The translations under genes were made by a program, and so were the position numbers. Shown here in pieces: positions 45,251-54,016 of a stretch of 64,000 nt of DNA; the first letter of the stretch is position 1; the number at the start of each line of letters is the position of its first letter. The notes under the pieces are model-generated. The model did not search any database. It had not been told where the DNA came from and was given only the letters and a program-made list of their open reading frames with translations. Source of the stretch: Thermoplasmata archaeon (lineage in GTDB: Archaea; Thermoplasmatota; Thermoplasmata; RBG-16-68-12; JAGMCJ01); assembly GCA_023136265.1 (NCBI GenBank), contig JAGLRN010000017.1, forward strand, positions 7,509-71,508. Direction: 5' to 3'.

Positions 45251-45667
45251 TCAAACACCGATGTCGATGAAGGGCGATATTCCCAAGACTTTCACAAGGA
45301 CCAGGTTGAAGATGTACACAAACAGGATGATCAGGAATGTGACTATGAACGATTCCAGCCACTCGTCACCCAGGCTTGCTTCCGAGATTATGAGGAACCT
45401 AACGGTAATCATCAGTGCAAGAAAGGCGACGAGAATCCCTATGACCGCGTCCGTTAGGAGACCGGCGAGTAGCGGGACGATCACGACCGCCATTGCTGCC
45501 GTGATGAAAAGCCTGAGCGCATAGCTCGCGGTCACAACCTCCTCCCTCGTCACGAGCCTTGTCGCGATGTACAGGAACAGCATCACGATGAGCACCGTGA
45601 CGATGAAGAGGACCACGCTCACAATATCCATCGATATCGAGATATCCGCCATGCAGTCCGTAATCAA
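45251..45667 (-). CDS. Hypothetical membrane protein (4 predicted TM helices)
   Basis: Hydrophobic segments throughout. No recognised family. Confidence 0.5.
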   Translation of the reverse strand: MITDCMADISISMDIVSVVLFIVTVLIVMLFLYIATRLVTREEVVTASYALRLFITAAMAVVIVPLLAGLLTDAVIGILVAFLALMITVRFLIISEASLGDEWLESFIVTFLIILFVYIFNLVLVKVLGISPFIDIGV

Positions 45668-45691
45668 CCCGCGACTATTAACGTGTTTTTC

Positions 45692-46837
45692 TCAGAGTCT
45701 GCGGGAGCGCTTCCTCGTATCCAACCGTCTTTCCTTGTCCTCTCTGACGAAATCCTCGATCTGGTCCATCAGACCATCCAGTGCCTTGTGTATGTTCCAG
45801 TCGAAGTGCCGCGCGTAGAACAGTCCCCTGTCGGTCGCCAGTCTTGCCCTCATCGTGTACTTGCTCGTGTCCCCTTTCGAGTGATGCTGCGCGACGTGTA
45901 TATTCAGGATCTTAGGCGAGAGAATCTCGCCTGTCTTGTCTATCGTCTTCTGGATGCGCTCGTACATGGCGTCATAGATCTCGGGCTCCTCCTCAAGCCC
46001 CGTGATCTGGACGAAGACCTCCTCGGCCTTCCCAAATGAGGCGATGAGCTCTATGATGTCCACCTGAGTGACTATGCCTACTGGCTCCCTGTTTTCTGCA
46101 ACAAGGATGCTCGATACGTCCTTCTCTATCATCAGGTCGATCGCCTCGGACAGCCTGGCATCTGGCGGGACAGTGATGGGAGGCGTCCTCATCAGGCTCC
46201 CCACCTCAATCTCGAGGGCCTCCTTCTCGCCGACGACCTCACCTCTCGTCTCGCTCTCCCTCTCTCGGGCGAAGTAGTCCGCTAGGTCCCTTATGCCAAC
46301 GACACCAATGAGGTGCCCGCTGCTCTCGCAGACCGGAACTGACCTCTCATCCAAGTCCTTCATCAGGGCGCGGGCATCGTGCAGGGTGTGCGTCTCCAAC
46401 ACGCACTGCGGTGAGTGGGACATTATGCTGCTCACATCGACCTCGGACAGCATCTTCATCCCGCGCACGGACTCTATCAGGTCGATTCTCGAGATAAAGC
46501 CAAGGAGCTTCCTCTTCGACGTGACTGGAATGCCCCTCGATCCCGTCGACATCATCATCTCCGCGACTTCGGGAACGGAGTCCGTCTCCCCAATCCTGGG
46601 CGGGGCGACCATTATCCTCTCGACCTTCGTGCTCATCGGCAGACTCCTTCTCTTCGTGAGCGTGTTGTAGCTGACGATCCCGACAAGCTTCTTCCTTTCG
46701 ACGACAGGAACCTCGTGAACGCCGTGCCTCTTCATCTTGCCCAGGACCTCGGAGAGGCTGTCCTCTGGAGCGGCCACGACCGGCTCCTTTGACATGACGT
46801 CCTTTGCTTTGAGATCGTTGATATCGGTGTCCTTCAT
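45692..46837 (-). CDS. Four CBS domains fused to a C-terminal ribosome hibernation factor (HPF/RaiA/YfiA)-like domain
   Basis: Four CBS motifs (for example GVHEVPVVERKKLVGIVS, GIPVTSKRKLLGFISRIDL). The C-terminus VQITGLEEEPEIYDAMYERIQKTIDKTGEILSPKILNIHVAQHH...YTMRARLATDRGLFYARHFDWNIHKALDGLMDQIEDFV aligns position by position with E. coli HPF (LNITGNNVEITEAL...LHVNGGEIHASAEGQDMYAAIDGLIDKLARQL). Confidence 0.7.
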   Translation of the reverse strand: MKDTDINDLKAKDVMSKEPVVAAPEDSLSEVLGKMKRHGVHEVPVVERKKLVGIVSYNTLTKRRSLPMSTKVERIMVAPPRIGETDSVPEVAEMMMSTGSRGIPVTSKRKLLGFISRIDLIESVRGMKMLSEVDVSSIMSHSPQCVLETHTLHDARALMKDLDERSVPVCESSGHLIGVVGIRDLADYFARERESETRGEVVGEKEALEIEVGSLMRTPPITVPPDARLSEAIDLMIEKDVSSILVAENREPVGIVTQVDIIELIASFGKAEEVFVQITGLEEEPEIYDAMYERIQKTIDKTGEILSPKILNIHVAQHHSKGDTSKYTMRARLATDRGLFYARHFDWNIHKALDGLMDQIEDFVREDKERRLDTRKRSRRL

Positions 46838-46916
46838 CGTGCTCTCGAGGATAAGGTCTGCCCTCGTTAAAAGGTTTTAGTAAATGGAAGTTATTGTGGT
46901 CTGGAATGGTGATGGC

Positions 46917-47198
46917 ATGGCTGACGAAGCGAGGGCTCACGTAATCTTTCGCGGGAAAGTCCAAGGTGTGTTTTTCCGAGCGAACACGGAGGGCAGGGCT
47001 CGCGAGCTCGGTCTCAAGGGGTGGGTGAGGAACCTTCCTGACGGCTCGGTCGAGTCAGTTTTCGAAGGGCCTCGGGAGGCGGTCAAAAAGGCAATCGAAT
47101 GGTGCAAGAGCTCCCAGCCCCATGCAAGAGTGACCGATGCCGACATTGACTGGGAGGACTACAGGGGAGAGTTCTCCTCCTTCGAGGTCACGTACTAG
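46917..47198 (+). CDS. acyP: Acylphosphatase
   Basis: VIFRGKVQGVFFRANTEGRARELGLKGWVRNLPDGSVE has the canonical VQGVFFR and GWVRN motifs. Confidence 0.8.
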   Translation: MADEARAHVIFRGKVQGVFFRANTEGRARELGLKGWVRNLPDGSVESVFEGPREAVKKAIEWCKSSQPHARVTDADIDWEDYRGEFSSFEVTY

Positions 47199-48028
47199 TC
47201 GAACCTCTCGCCGTAGACGAGCTCTGGGTTGTCCTTGTGAATCTTGAGAACGTCCTCTTTGGAGAATGTGCCGTTCGCGAGGAAGGCCTTCATCCTCTTC
47301 GGGACCGTCGCTGGACCCAACACCGCACCCGGCCTCTTGGGGTCATCCAGGTAGTCCGTCTCCATCAGGAACCTGTTGCCCTGGGAGATCGCCTCCGTGA
47401 TGTTCCTGCGGCTCGAGACGATGGAGGGGAACAGCCCCGAGTTCCTTTCCGTGTCCACGATTGGCGTCGAGAAGTGCTTGACGACCTTCCCCCTCTCCAA
47501 GCCCGACGCGTCCGCCATCAGAGCGAGCTCCTTGAACACCCTGGGCGTGGCGCTCTCGGTGTGCAGGACGACCGGACATCCCACATCCGCGGCGAGCTTC
47601 ATCCCGTAGCTCAGAATCTCGTTCGAAGCATCCAGGATCCCCGAGTCAACCGGGAAGTGCGGTCTCCCGATCTCCCCTATGGCGATGGTCTTCCTCTCCT
47701 CGACCAGATTGGCGGCTGTCTCCATCCCGCTCTTCATTATCTCAATGGCATCGGGCAGAGGCATATGCTCCACAAGACGTAGCAGCTCCACCGGGTAGGG
47801 TCCAACCGTGACGAAGACTCTCAGCCCCGTCCCCCGCCTGACCTTCTCCGCCAAGGACAGGGTCAGCTCGAAGGCGGGTCCATGATCCCTCTCCTTCTCA
47901 ATCCTGTGCTCCTTGTGGGGAAGATGGGCGACGATCAGGTGCGTTCCACCGGCCCGCTCAAAATCCTTCGCCGCCTCTACGTTCCTCCCAGCCGACCTGA
48001 TGTGGAAATGATTGTCCAGAATCTGCAT
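47195..48028 (-). CDS. TatD-family metal-dependent hydrolase
   Basis: MQILDNHFHIRSAG N-terminus with a TIM-barrel hydrolase pattern. Confidence 0.7.
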   Translation of the reverse strand: MQILDNHFHIRSAGRNVEAAKDFERAGGTHLIVAHLPHKEHRIEKERDHGPAFELTLSLAEKVRRGTGLRVFVTVGPYPVELLRLVEHMPLPDAIEIMKSGMETAANLVEERKTIAIGEIGRPHFPVDSGILDASNEILSYGMKLAADVGCPVVLHTESATPRVFKELALMADASGLERGKVVKHFSTPIVDTERNSGLFPSIVSSRRNITEAISQGNRFLMETDYLDDPKRPGAVLGPATVPKRMKAFLANGTFSKEDVLKIHKDNPELVYGERFD

Positions 48029-48040
48029 TCTCTCACTAAG

Positions 48041-48535
48041 TTAGTGAAGAAGGCCGGCCGCGCCGAGCTCCTCGGTGATCTTCTCCACCGCTCTTTCCAC
48101 GTCCTCCGGCTTTCTCGCCCCGGTACAGACGAGCTTGCCAGACCCGAAAAGAAGAACTACCACCTTCGGGTCGTCGATCCTGTACACGAGTCCTGGGAAC
48201 TGTTCGGGCTCATATTCCACCTTCTCCAGTCCGAGGCTGATCGCGATTGCGTTGAGGTTGATCTTCGTCTCAAGATCAGAAGAGGCCACGATGTTCTGGA
48301 CCTCAACGTCCGGATCCGTGTTCACCTTGATTCCAGCGTCCTCGATCTGCTTTGCGACTTTCCTTATGGCCTTGTGAACATCGTCCAGGCTCTTCGCTCC
48401 AGTGCACACAACCTTACCGCTACGGAACAGCAGGGTAGCGGTCTTGGGCTCCTTCAACCTATAGATTAGACCCGGGAACTGCTCGGGCTCGTACTCGGAA
48501 CCGGTGAGCGCCAGAGCAATCGCCTGCAGGTCCAA
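48041..48535 (-). CDS. tbp: TATA-box binding protein. The annotated TTG start truncates the conserved N-terminal strand, so the true start is probably a few codons upstream.
   Basis: Two repeats of [11 protein letters not shown]...P....LLF.SGK.VCTGA. The open frame upstream encodes ...[18 protein letters not shown], the canonical TBP N-terminus, but contains no ATG, GTG or TTG. Confidence 0.85.
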   Translation of the reverse strand: MDLQAIALALTGSEYEPEQFPGLIYRLKEPKTATLLFRSGKVVCTGAKSLDDVHKAIRKVAKQIEDAGIKVNTDPDVEVQNIVASSDLETKINLNAIAISLGLEKVEYEPEQFPGLVYRIDDPKVVVLLFGSGKLVCTGARKPEDVERAVEKITEELGAAGLLH

Positions 48536-48639
48536 CTCCTCTCCAAGAGAAGTCGATGCAACAACATTCTCGATTTTTATTTTTGCCAGTAGAATTCCTC
48601 CCTCTACCCAGACAGCGAAAAACTGCCTCTCTTCTCTGA

Positions 48640-48660
48640 TGGTATTTATATACCCCCTTA
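48640..48660 (-). promoter_or_regulatory. TATA box (minus-strand tatataaata) for tbp
   Basis: The plus strand reads ggtatttatataccc. A GGGAGG SD-like site follows ~45 nt downstream on the minus strand. Confidence 0.45.
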
Positions 48661-48685
48661 TAAAGCTATCGCGGTCGAAAACGTG

Positions 48686-49591
48686 CTAGACGCCGTACGA
48701 GTTCTCCATACCTTTGACCACGGCCAGCAGTGCGGAATTGAGGGGAGTCGGAACGCCTCTGTCGTTCCCCTGGCGGACGATCTCGCCCGTGATGGAATCG
48801 ATCTCCGTTTTTCTCCTCCTCACGACGTCCTGCAGCATGCTCGACATGTTCTGAGCAGTCATCCTCGCGACCCTCTTCGTCCTCTCCACCAAGTCATCCT
48901 TAGGGAGCGGGATCTCACACGTCGTCGCCACCTCAATCGCCTCAAGGCAGACATCTTCCAGCATCCCAGTGACTTCAGGGTTTCCCAGAAGATAACCGTT
49001 CCTTGCTCCGAGGATGGCGGTTAGCGGATTGATGCCAGCGTTCACTATCGCCTTCGCCCATACCTCCCCGCTAAGGTTCTCCGTGACGTCCGTCCTCATC
49101 CCGCAGGCGGTCAGCTCTCCTGCGAGGGAATCGAGGGACTCCCGTGAGACGCCCTTGTAGATGCCCGCAACGGTGTCTCCCATTCCCGCGTGAACGACGT
49201 CTCCTGGCCCCCTCAGCGTGGCCCCGTGACTCGTCGTCCCGCCGATAACGTTGTTCGCGTATCCCCCGATTGTCTCGAGATTGCCGAGGCCGTTCTGCAT
49301 CGTCACGACCGTGCTCAATCCTGGCAGTTTGGCCAACGACTTCATCGCGCTCCTCGTGTCGTAGAACTTCACTGTCAGGAAGACGTAGTCATAGCCCGAG
49401 AGGTCCTCTACCCTCTCCACGGCACTCGGTCTGGCCAGCATCTCAGTGTGACCAGAAATCCTGAGCCCTTCCGCTTGGATGCTGGACATGTGCTCCCTCC
49501 TTCCAACGAGGGTGACCTCATTCCGCTTTGAAAGGAGTGCTCCTATCAGGCTACCGAGTGCTCCCGCCCCGAAGATGAGGACTCTCATCAC
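48686..49591 (-). CDS. panE: 2-dehydropantoate 2-reductase (ketopantoate reductase)
   Basis: GTG start. Rossmann motif VLIFGAGALGSLIGALL. ApbA/PanE family length. Confidence 0.8.
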   Translation of the reverse strand: MMRVLIFGAGALGSLIGALLSKRNEVTLVGRREHMSSIQAEGLRISGHTEMLARPSAVERVEDLSGYDYVFLTVKFYDTRSAMKSLAKLPGLSTVVTMQNGLGNLETIGGYANNVIGGTTSHGATLRGPGDVVHAGMGDTVAGIYKGVSRESLDSLAGELTACGMRTDVTENLSGEVWAKAIVNAGINPLTAILGARNGYLLGNPEVTGMLEDVCLEAIEVATTCEIPLPKDDLVERTKRVARMTAQNMSSMLQDVVRRRKTEIDSITGEIVRQGNDRGVPTPLNSALLAVVKGMENSYGV

Positions 49592-49619
49592 AGCGAGAAT
49601 CGCCTCCAGATTCTTATGT

Positions 49620-50528
49620 TTATCCTCCCTTTCCCGCTGTCGCGGCCAGGTGCGCCTGCCTCAGTGGCTCTGGGATTCTGGTCTTGCACAGGCTCTTCAC
49701 GATTCGCACGGACGACTCAAAGGAGACAAGATGGCCCGGTGATATATAGATCGGTCTCTTGGAGGTCGAACTCCTCAGCGCGTATCCGATAGTCTCGTCA
49801 TTGTGCAGCACCCGCTCGGAATCGCCCACTCTGGAGGGGGTCCTGGTCTTTCCCACGAGGAGGCTCTTGGCCACGCCTATCGTCGGCTTCCCCAGCTTCA
49901 CGCCGACATGGCAGCCAATCCCCGCCCTTCGTGGATGCGAGTACCCATGTCCGTCAATCAGAAGGACGTCCACATCGTTCCTCACCCTCTCGTATGCGGT
50001 TCTGATCGCCGGGTACTCTCTGTAGGTCAGATAGCTGGGGATGTAGGGGAAGTCGATTTCCTTGACCACCACGTCCTTCTCGATGACGTCCAGGTTCTTG
50101 ACGTCGACCACTGCGAATGCACACACGGCACGGTCATCCTCGTACGCGAGGTCGAACCCGCAGACGTTCTTGACATCCTCGAAGTCGTCTTCGAGCACCA
50201 CAACATCCGCAACCTCTCTCTGCTCTTCGCGAAGGAGCTTGAGCGGGCATTCGGCCCGGAGATCGCGGAAGAGCACGTGGTCCAGGTCGCGGATCCTCCC
50301 ATCAATAACAGCGATACCCTCGTTCCTGAGGGACTCGATCTGCCACGGTCTCGCCTTCCCTTGGGCGTTGACAACGCGGTGGGATCGTTGGCGGCTCCTC
50401 GCCAGGAAGTCGGAGACCGCCCTCGAGGCCCTCACGTCCCCAAGGGCTTTCGCCACCTCACCGAACGTTGTCACGCGGCCTTCAGGAATCTGGGAGAGGA
50501 CTTTCTCCAGTTCGTGACTGAACATCAT
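49620..50528 (-). CDS. nfi: Fusion of an alkyltransferase-like (ATL; MGMT fold with Cys replaced by Ser) N-terminal domain and endonuclease V
   Basis: N-terminus IPEGRVTTFGEVAKALGDVRASRAVSDFLARSRQRSHRVVNAQGK follows the Ogt C-domain pattern but has SHRV instead of PCHRV. The C-terminus DVLLIDGHGYSHPRRAGIGCHVGVKLGKPTIGVAKS is EndoV. The start is taken at MMFSHE; the track ORF is extended to 50627. Confidence 0.7.
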   Translation of the reverse strand: MMFSHELEKVLSQIPEGRVTTFGEVAKALGDVRASRAVSDFLARSRQRSHRVVNAQGKARPWQIESLRNEGIAVIDGRIRDLDHVLFRDLRAECPLKLLREEQREVADVVVLEDDFEDVKNVCGFDLAYEDDRAVCAFAVVDVKNLDVIEKDVVVKEIDFPYIPSYLTYREYPAIRTAYERVRNDVDVLLIDGHGYSHPRRAGIGCHVGVKLGKPTIGVAKSLLVGKTRTPSRVGDSERVLHNDETIGYALRSSTSKRPIYISPGHLVSFESSVRIVKSLCKTRIPEPLRQAHLAATAGKGG

Positions 50529-50619
50529 GGAACCGCTGCCCCTGTTGTTTGATATTGGCGGGGCGGTTAAGAAGCTTATCAATAAAATGAAATAGCGACA
50601 CCTCCTTCCCGCGAATTGG

Positions 50620-51915
50620 ATGTCCATACTGCTGAGGGGCGGCTATGTTCTCACACAGAATGATGAGCGGGAGATACTCGCGGGCGATGTCCTCATCGAT
50701 GACGACAGGATAGCCGAGGTCGGGAAGGTCACCGCCGAGGCGGACCGCGAGATCGACTGCAGCGGCTCCGTGGTCATGCCCGGGCTGATAAACAACCACA
50801 ACCACGTGGCGAACACGATCATGAGGGGCTACGCGGACGACGTCCATCTCGAGCAGATGTTGGAGAAGGCCTTCACGGTGGACGACAAGATCACCACCAG
50901 GGACGTGCAGGTCGCCAGTCTGGCGGGTTGCGTAGAGATGATAAGGACAGGCACGACCTCCTTCCTAGACATGTTCTACTGGGAGAACGAGGTCGCCCGG
51001 GCGGTCAGGCAGACCGGGATGAGAGGCTTCCTCGGATGGGTGGTCCTCGACAGGGAGATCTCGACGCAGAAGGGGGACCCGCTCAAGAACTGCGCGGGCT
51101 TCATGCGCGACCTAAAGGGCGAGGAGCTGGTCAGCCCCCTCGTGGCGGTTCACGGCGTGTACACGTGCTCTGAGGAGACGTTCCTCGGTGCCAGGGACCT
51201 AGCCGAGCGGGAGGACGTCCCCGTCCACTTCCATCTCTCTGAGACGAGGAAGGAGGTCTACGGCCACGTCGAGAAGTATGGTCTGCGCCCGCCGGAGTGG
51301 CTGGAGAAGATAGGATTCCTCTGCGAAAGGGGCATCGCCGCGCACTGCGTCTGGCTCACGACAAACGAGATCAGGACGCTCGCCAAGAGAGGGGTCAGCG
51401 CGGTCCACTGTCCCGTGTCCAACATGAAGCTCGCATCGGGCGGGTTCGCCCCGCTCCCCGAGATGTTCGAGAACGGAATGACCGTCTGCCTCGGGACGGA
51501 CAGCCCCCTGTCGAACAACAGCCTCGACATGTTCGAGGAGATGAAGTTCTGCTCGCTCATGCACAAGGCGTCCCGCTGGGATGCCACGGTCGTGCCCGCT
51601 CAGAAGGCCCTTGACATGGCCACCATCGAGGGCGCCCGTGCCCTGGGAATGGAAGAATCGCTCGGGTCGATCGAAATCGGGAAGAAGGCCGACATCATAG
51701 TCGTGGACATGAAGAAGGCCAAGTCAACTCCGCTGTTCAAGTCGAGAATCCCGTCACATCTGGTCTACTCCTGCAACGGGGGCGATGTGTCCCATACAAT
51801 CGTCAACGGGAGGATCGTCATGGAGGGCTCGCGACCTACGAACGTTGACGAGGACGAGGTTGTCAGGAGTCTTCAGGAGCACGCGGACGAGATCTTCGGT
51901 GAGGGCAATGACTAG
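50620..51915 (+). CDS. Amidohydrolase, MTA/SAH/5'-deoxyadenosine deaminase (MtaD/DadD) family
   Basis: MPGLINNHNHVA metal-binding HxH, chlorohydrolase family length. Confidence 0.8.
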   Translation: MSILLRGGYVLTQNDEREILAGDVLIDDDRIAEVGKVTAEADREIDCSGSVVMPGLINNHNHVANTIMRGYADDVHLEQMLEKAFTVDDKITTRDVQVASLAGCVEMIRTGTTSFLDMFYWENEVARAVRQTGMRGFLGWVVLDREISTQKGDPLKNCAGFMRDLKGEELVSPLVAVHGVYTCSEETFLGARDLAEREDVPVHFHLSETRKEVYGHVEKYGLRPPEWLEKIGFLCERGIAAHCVWLTTNEIRTLAKRGVSAVHCPVSNMKLASGGFAPLPEMFENGMTVCLGTDSPLSNNSLDMFEEMKFCSLMHKASRWDATVVPAQKALDMATIEGARALGMEESLGSIEIGKKADIIVVDMKKAKSTPLFKSRIPSHLVYSCNGGDVSHTIVNGRIVMEGSRPTNVDEDEVVRSLQEHADEIFGEGND

Positions 51916-52558
51916 AATCTGCGGGGTGGACGAGGCGGGTCGAGGGCCGGTGATCGGACCGCTCGTCGTCGCTGGCGTCCTCGTGGAGAACGACGAGAGC
52001 CTTCGCGAGATGCGGGTGAGGGACTCCAAGAAGTTGTCCGCGAAAAGGCGGGAGGAGCTCGCCGGAAAGATTCTGGAGATAGCGGAGTGCGAGATCCAGG
52101 TCGTCCCCGCCGAGGACATCGATGAGATGCGGAAGCTGATGACGATCAATGAGCTTGAGGCGAGGGTGTTCGCCTCCGTGGTCAGGAAGCTGAGGCCCGA
52201 AATCGCGTACTTGGACTCCGCGGACGCGAACTGCGAGACGTTCGAACGCCTTGTGAGGAATGAGTTGGATTTCGATCTCAAGATCGTCAGCGAGCACAAG
52301 GCGGATGAGGTCTATCCGGTTGTGAGCGCGGCGTCCGTGATTGCGAAGGAGAGGAGGGAGGAGGAGGTGCGGAGAATCCGGGAGGAGCTGGGCGAGGAGA
52401 TCGGGAGCGGCTATCCTGCGGACCCCATCACGGTCGAGTTCATGAAAAAGTGGATAAGCGAGAAAGGGGGTTTGCCGCCATATACCCGGAGGAGCTGGGA
52501 GACCGCACGAAGAATGCTCGCCGAATCGAAGGTGAAGAAACTCGATGAATTCCAGTGA
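51908..52558 (+). CDS. rnhB: Ribonuclease HII
   Basis: MTRICGVDEAGRGPVIGPLVVAG has the RNase HII DEAGRGP motif. The ATG overlaps the preceding stop. Confidence 0.85.
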   Translation: MTRICGVDEAGRGPVIGPLVVAGVLVENDESLREMRVRDSKKLSAKRREELAGKILEIAECEIQVVPAEDIDEMRKLMTINELEARVFASVVRKLRPEIAYLDSADANCETFERLVRNELDFDLKIVSEHKADEVYPVVSAASVIAKERREEEVRRIREELGEEIGSGYPADPITVEFMKKWISEKGGLPPYTRRSWETARRMLAESKVKKLDEFQ

Positions 52559-52567
52559 GGTTGTACG

Positions 52568-52897
52568 ATGAAGATGCTTCTTATGGATGCGATAAGGAAG
52601 TTCAACGAGAAGGCAGAGACCGATGACAAACTCAAGAAGGAGCTGGAAGGAATCACAAGAAAGATTCAGGTCGATGTGACCGACGGCGAGGGCTACAACT
52701 TCGTCCTCGAGGACACGCGCGTCTCGGATCTTCGTGAAGGCGAGATCGAATCTCCCGACATCGTAATCACCGCGAGCACCGAGACGTTCACGGCGCTTCT
52801 GACAAAGGAGATGGGTCCGATGAAGGCCATCGCCACGAGGAAGTTGAAGATGAAGGCGTCCCTAGAGGATATGTTCAGGCTGCGGAAATTCTTCTAA
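52568..52897 (+). CDS. SCP2 sterol-carrier-like domain protein
   Basis: 109 aa with the C-terminal MGPMKAIATRKLKMKASLEDMFRL motif typical of SCP-2. Confidence 0.55.
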   Translation: MKMLLMDAIRKFNEKAETDDKLKKELEGITRKIQVDVTDGEGYNFVLEDTRVSDLREGEIESPDIVITASTETFTALLTKEMGPMKAIATRKLKMKASLEDMFRLRKFF

Positions 52898-52944
52898 CAC
52901 AAGACGATAGCTTTATTTCTCTCGAATGTTTCCTATCCTTTGAT

Positions 52945-53053
52945 AGCGGGGTGGGGTAGCTAGGAAATCCCGTCGGGCTCATAACCCGGAGATCCCTGGT
53001 TCAAAGGCGCTCGGTGTCGCAGGGCACGAGCACTGAAAATCCAGGCCCCGCTA
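52945..53053 (+). tRNA. Initiator tRNA-Met (CAT) with a ~34-nt intron inside the T-loop
   Basis: Acceptor agcgggg/ccccgct (A1:U72). Anticodon arm cggg-ctCATaa-cccg (three G:C pairs). T-arm cctgg-ttcaaa[intron ggcgctcggtgtcgcagggcacgagcactgaaaa]t-ccagg. Discriminator A. The intron carries an internal gctcg/cgagc hairpin. Confidence 0.6.
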
Positions 53054-53071
53054 TTCTATCGATTAGGAATC

Positions 53072-53968
53072 GTGCGGAAGGCCCGCCGACTTCTGCAGGC
53101 CTTGGGGGAGAGAATGACACGTCTGAATGACACCAGCGTCAGATCAGTCCAACAGTGCGGGAAGCCACAGGTCCTCAGGACGGACGCAGAGGAGATCATC
53201 ATCTGCAGCGCCTGCCTGGGTCACCTGAAGCAGGGTCTGGCGTCTACTGAGTGCGATTGCGGGAAGGTCTTCCACGTGAGCTGCGCCTCGAGGCTGGAGG
53301 ACTGCCCGAACTGCGGGGTTCGAATCGAGGACCGCATGATGGTCCCAGGGGTCAGGTCCGAGGAGGAGCCCGAGGTTGACTTCGAGAGCATCCCCATCCC
53401 AAAGCTCAGGCTGACATCCGAGGAGAAGCTCGAACTGCTCGAGGAGAGGCTTCTGTTGGGGGAGATATCCGAGGGGACCTTCCGAGAGCTGAGGGAGAAG
53501 CTCGTGACCGAGCTGGAGGCCGTCAGATATCAGTGCCCCTGCTGCGATCGCTTCATCGATAGAGAGGACGAATCGTGCGAGTGCGGGGCAATCTTCTCTG
53601 ATAAGGAAATCGGCAATGCCCTAGTCTGTCCGGAATGCAGCTCGCTTGTCCCAAAGGACGCCCAGTTCTGCGAGTCCTGCGGTGTCAGGTTCGTCGAGGA
53701 CGGGACATTCGTCTGCCCCGTCTGCTCGAGGGAGCTCGATCTGGATGCGGGAACGTGCGAGTGCGGGGCGAAGTTCTCGGACGAGGCCGTGCTCGGGTTC
53801 TACTGCCCACAGTGCGGGGAGTTCCAGGTGCAGGACAACGACCGATGCACGTCCTGCGGCGTTCGATTCGTCGAGGAGGAGGAAGTGCTCTATCAATGCG
53901 CGAGCTGCGGTGAGACCTTCCGCGAGGATATTGCGGACTGCCCGGCGTGCGGTGCGAGCTTCTCGTGA
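53072..53968 (+). CDS. Multi-zinc-ribbon protein (at least six CxxC...CxxC ribbons)
   Basis: Repeats such as CSAC...CDCG, CPNCG, CPCCDRF...CECG, CPECS...CESCG, CPVCS...CECG, CPQCG...CTSCG, CASCG...CPACG. GTG start 19 nt after the tRNA. Immediately upstream of ftsZ. Confidence 0.6.
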   Translation: MRKARRLLQALGERMTRLNDTSVRSVQQCGKPQVLRTDAEEIIICSACLGHLKQGLASTECDCGKVFHVSCASRLEDCPNCGVRIEDRMMVPGVRSEEEPEVDFESIPIPKLRLTSEEKLELLEERLLLGEISEGTFRELREKLVTELEAVRYQCPCCDRFIDREDESCECGAIFSDKEIGNALVCPECSSLVPKDAQFCESCGVRFVEDGTFVCPVCSRELDLDAGTCECGAKFSDEAVLGFYCPQCGEFQVQDNDRCTSCGVRFVEEEEVLYQCASCGETFREDIADCPACGASFS

Positions 53969-54016
53969 GGACTCGGACCGATTGCTCGAAGGACGGCATA
54001 TTCCGAGCCATCCACA

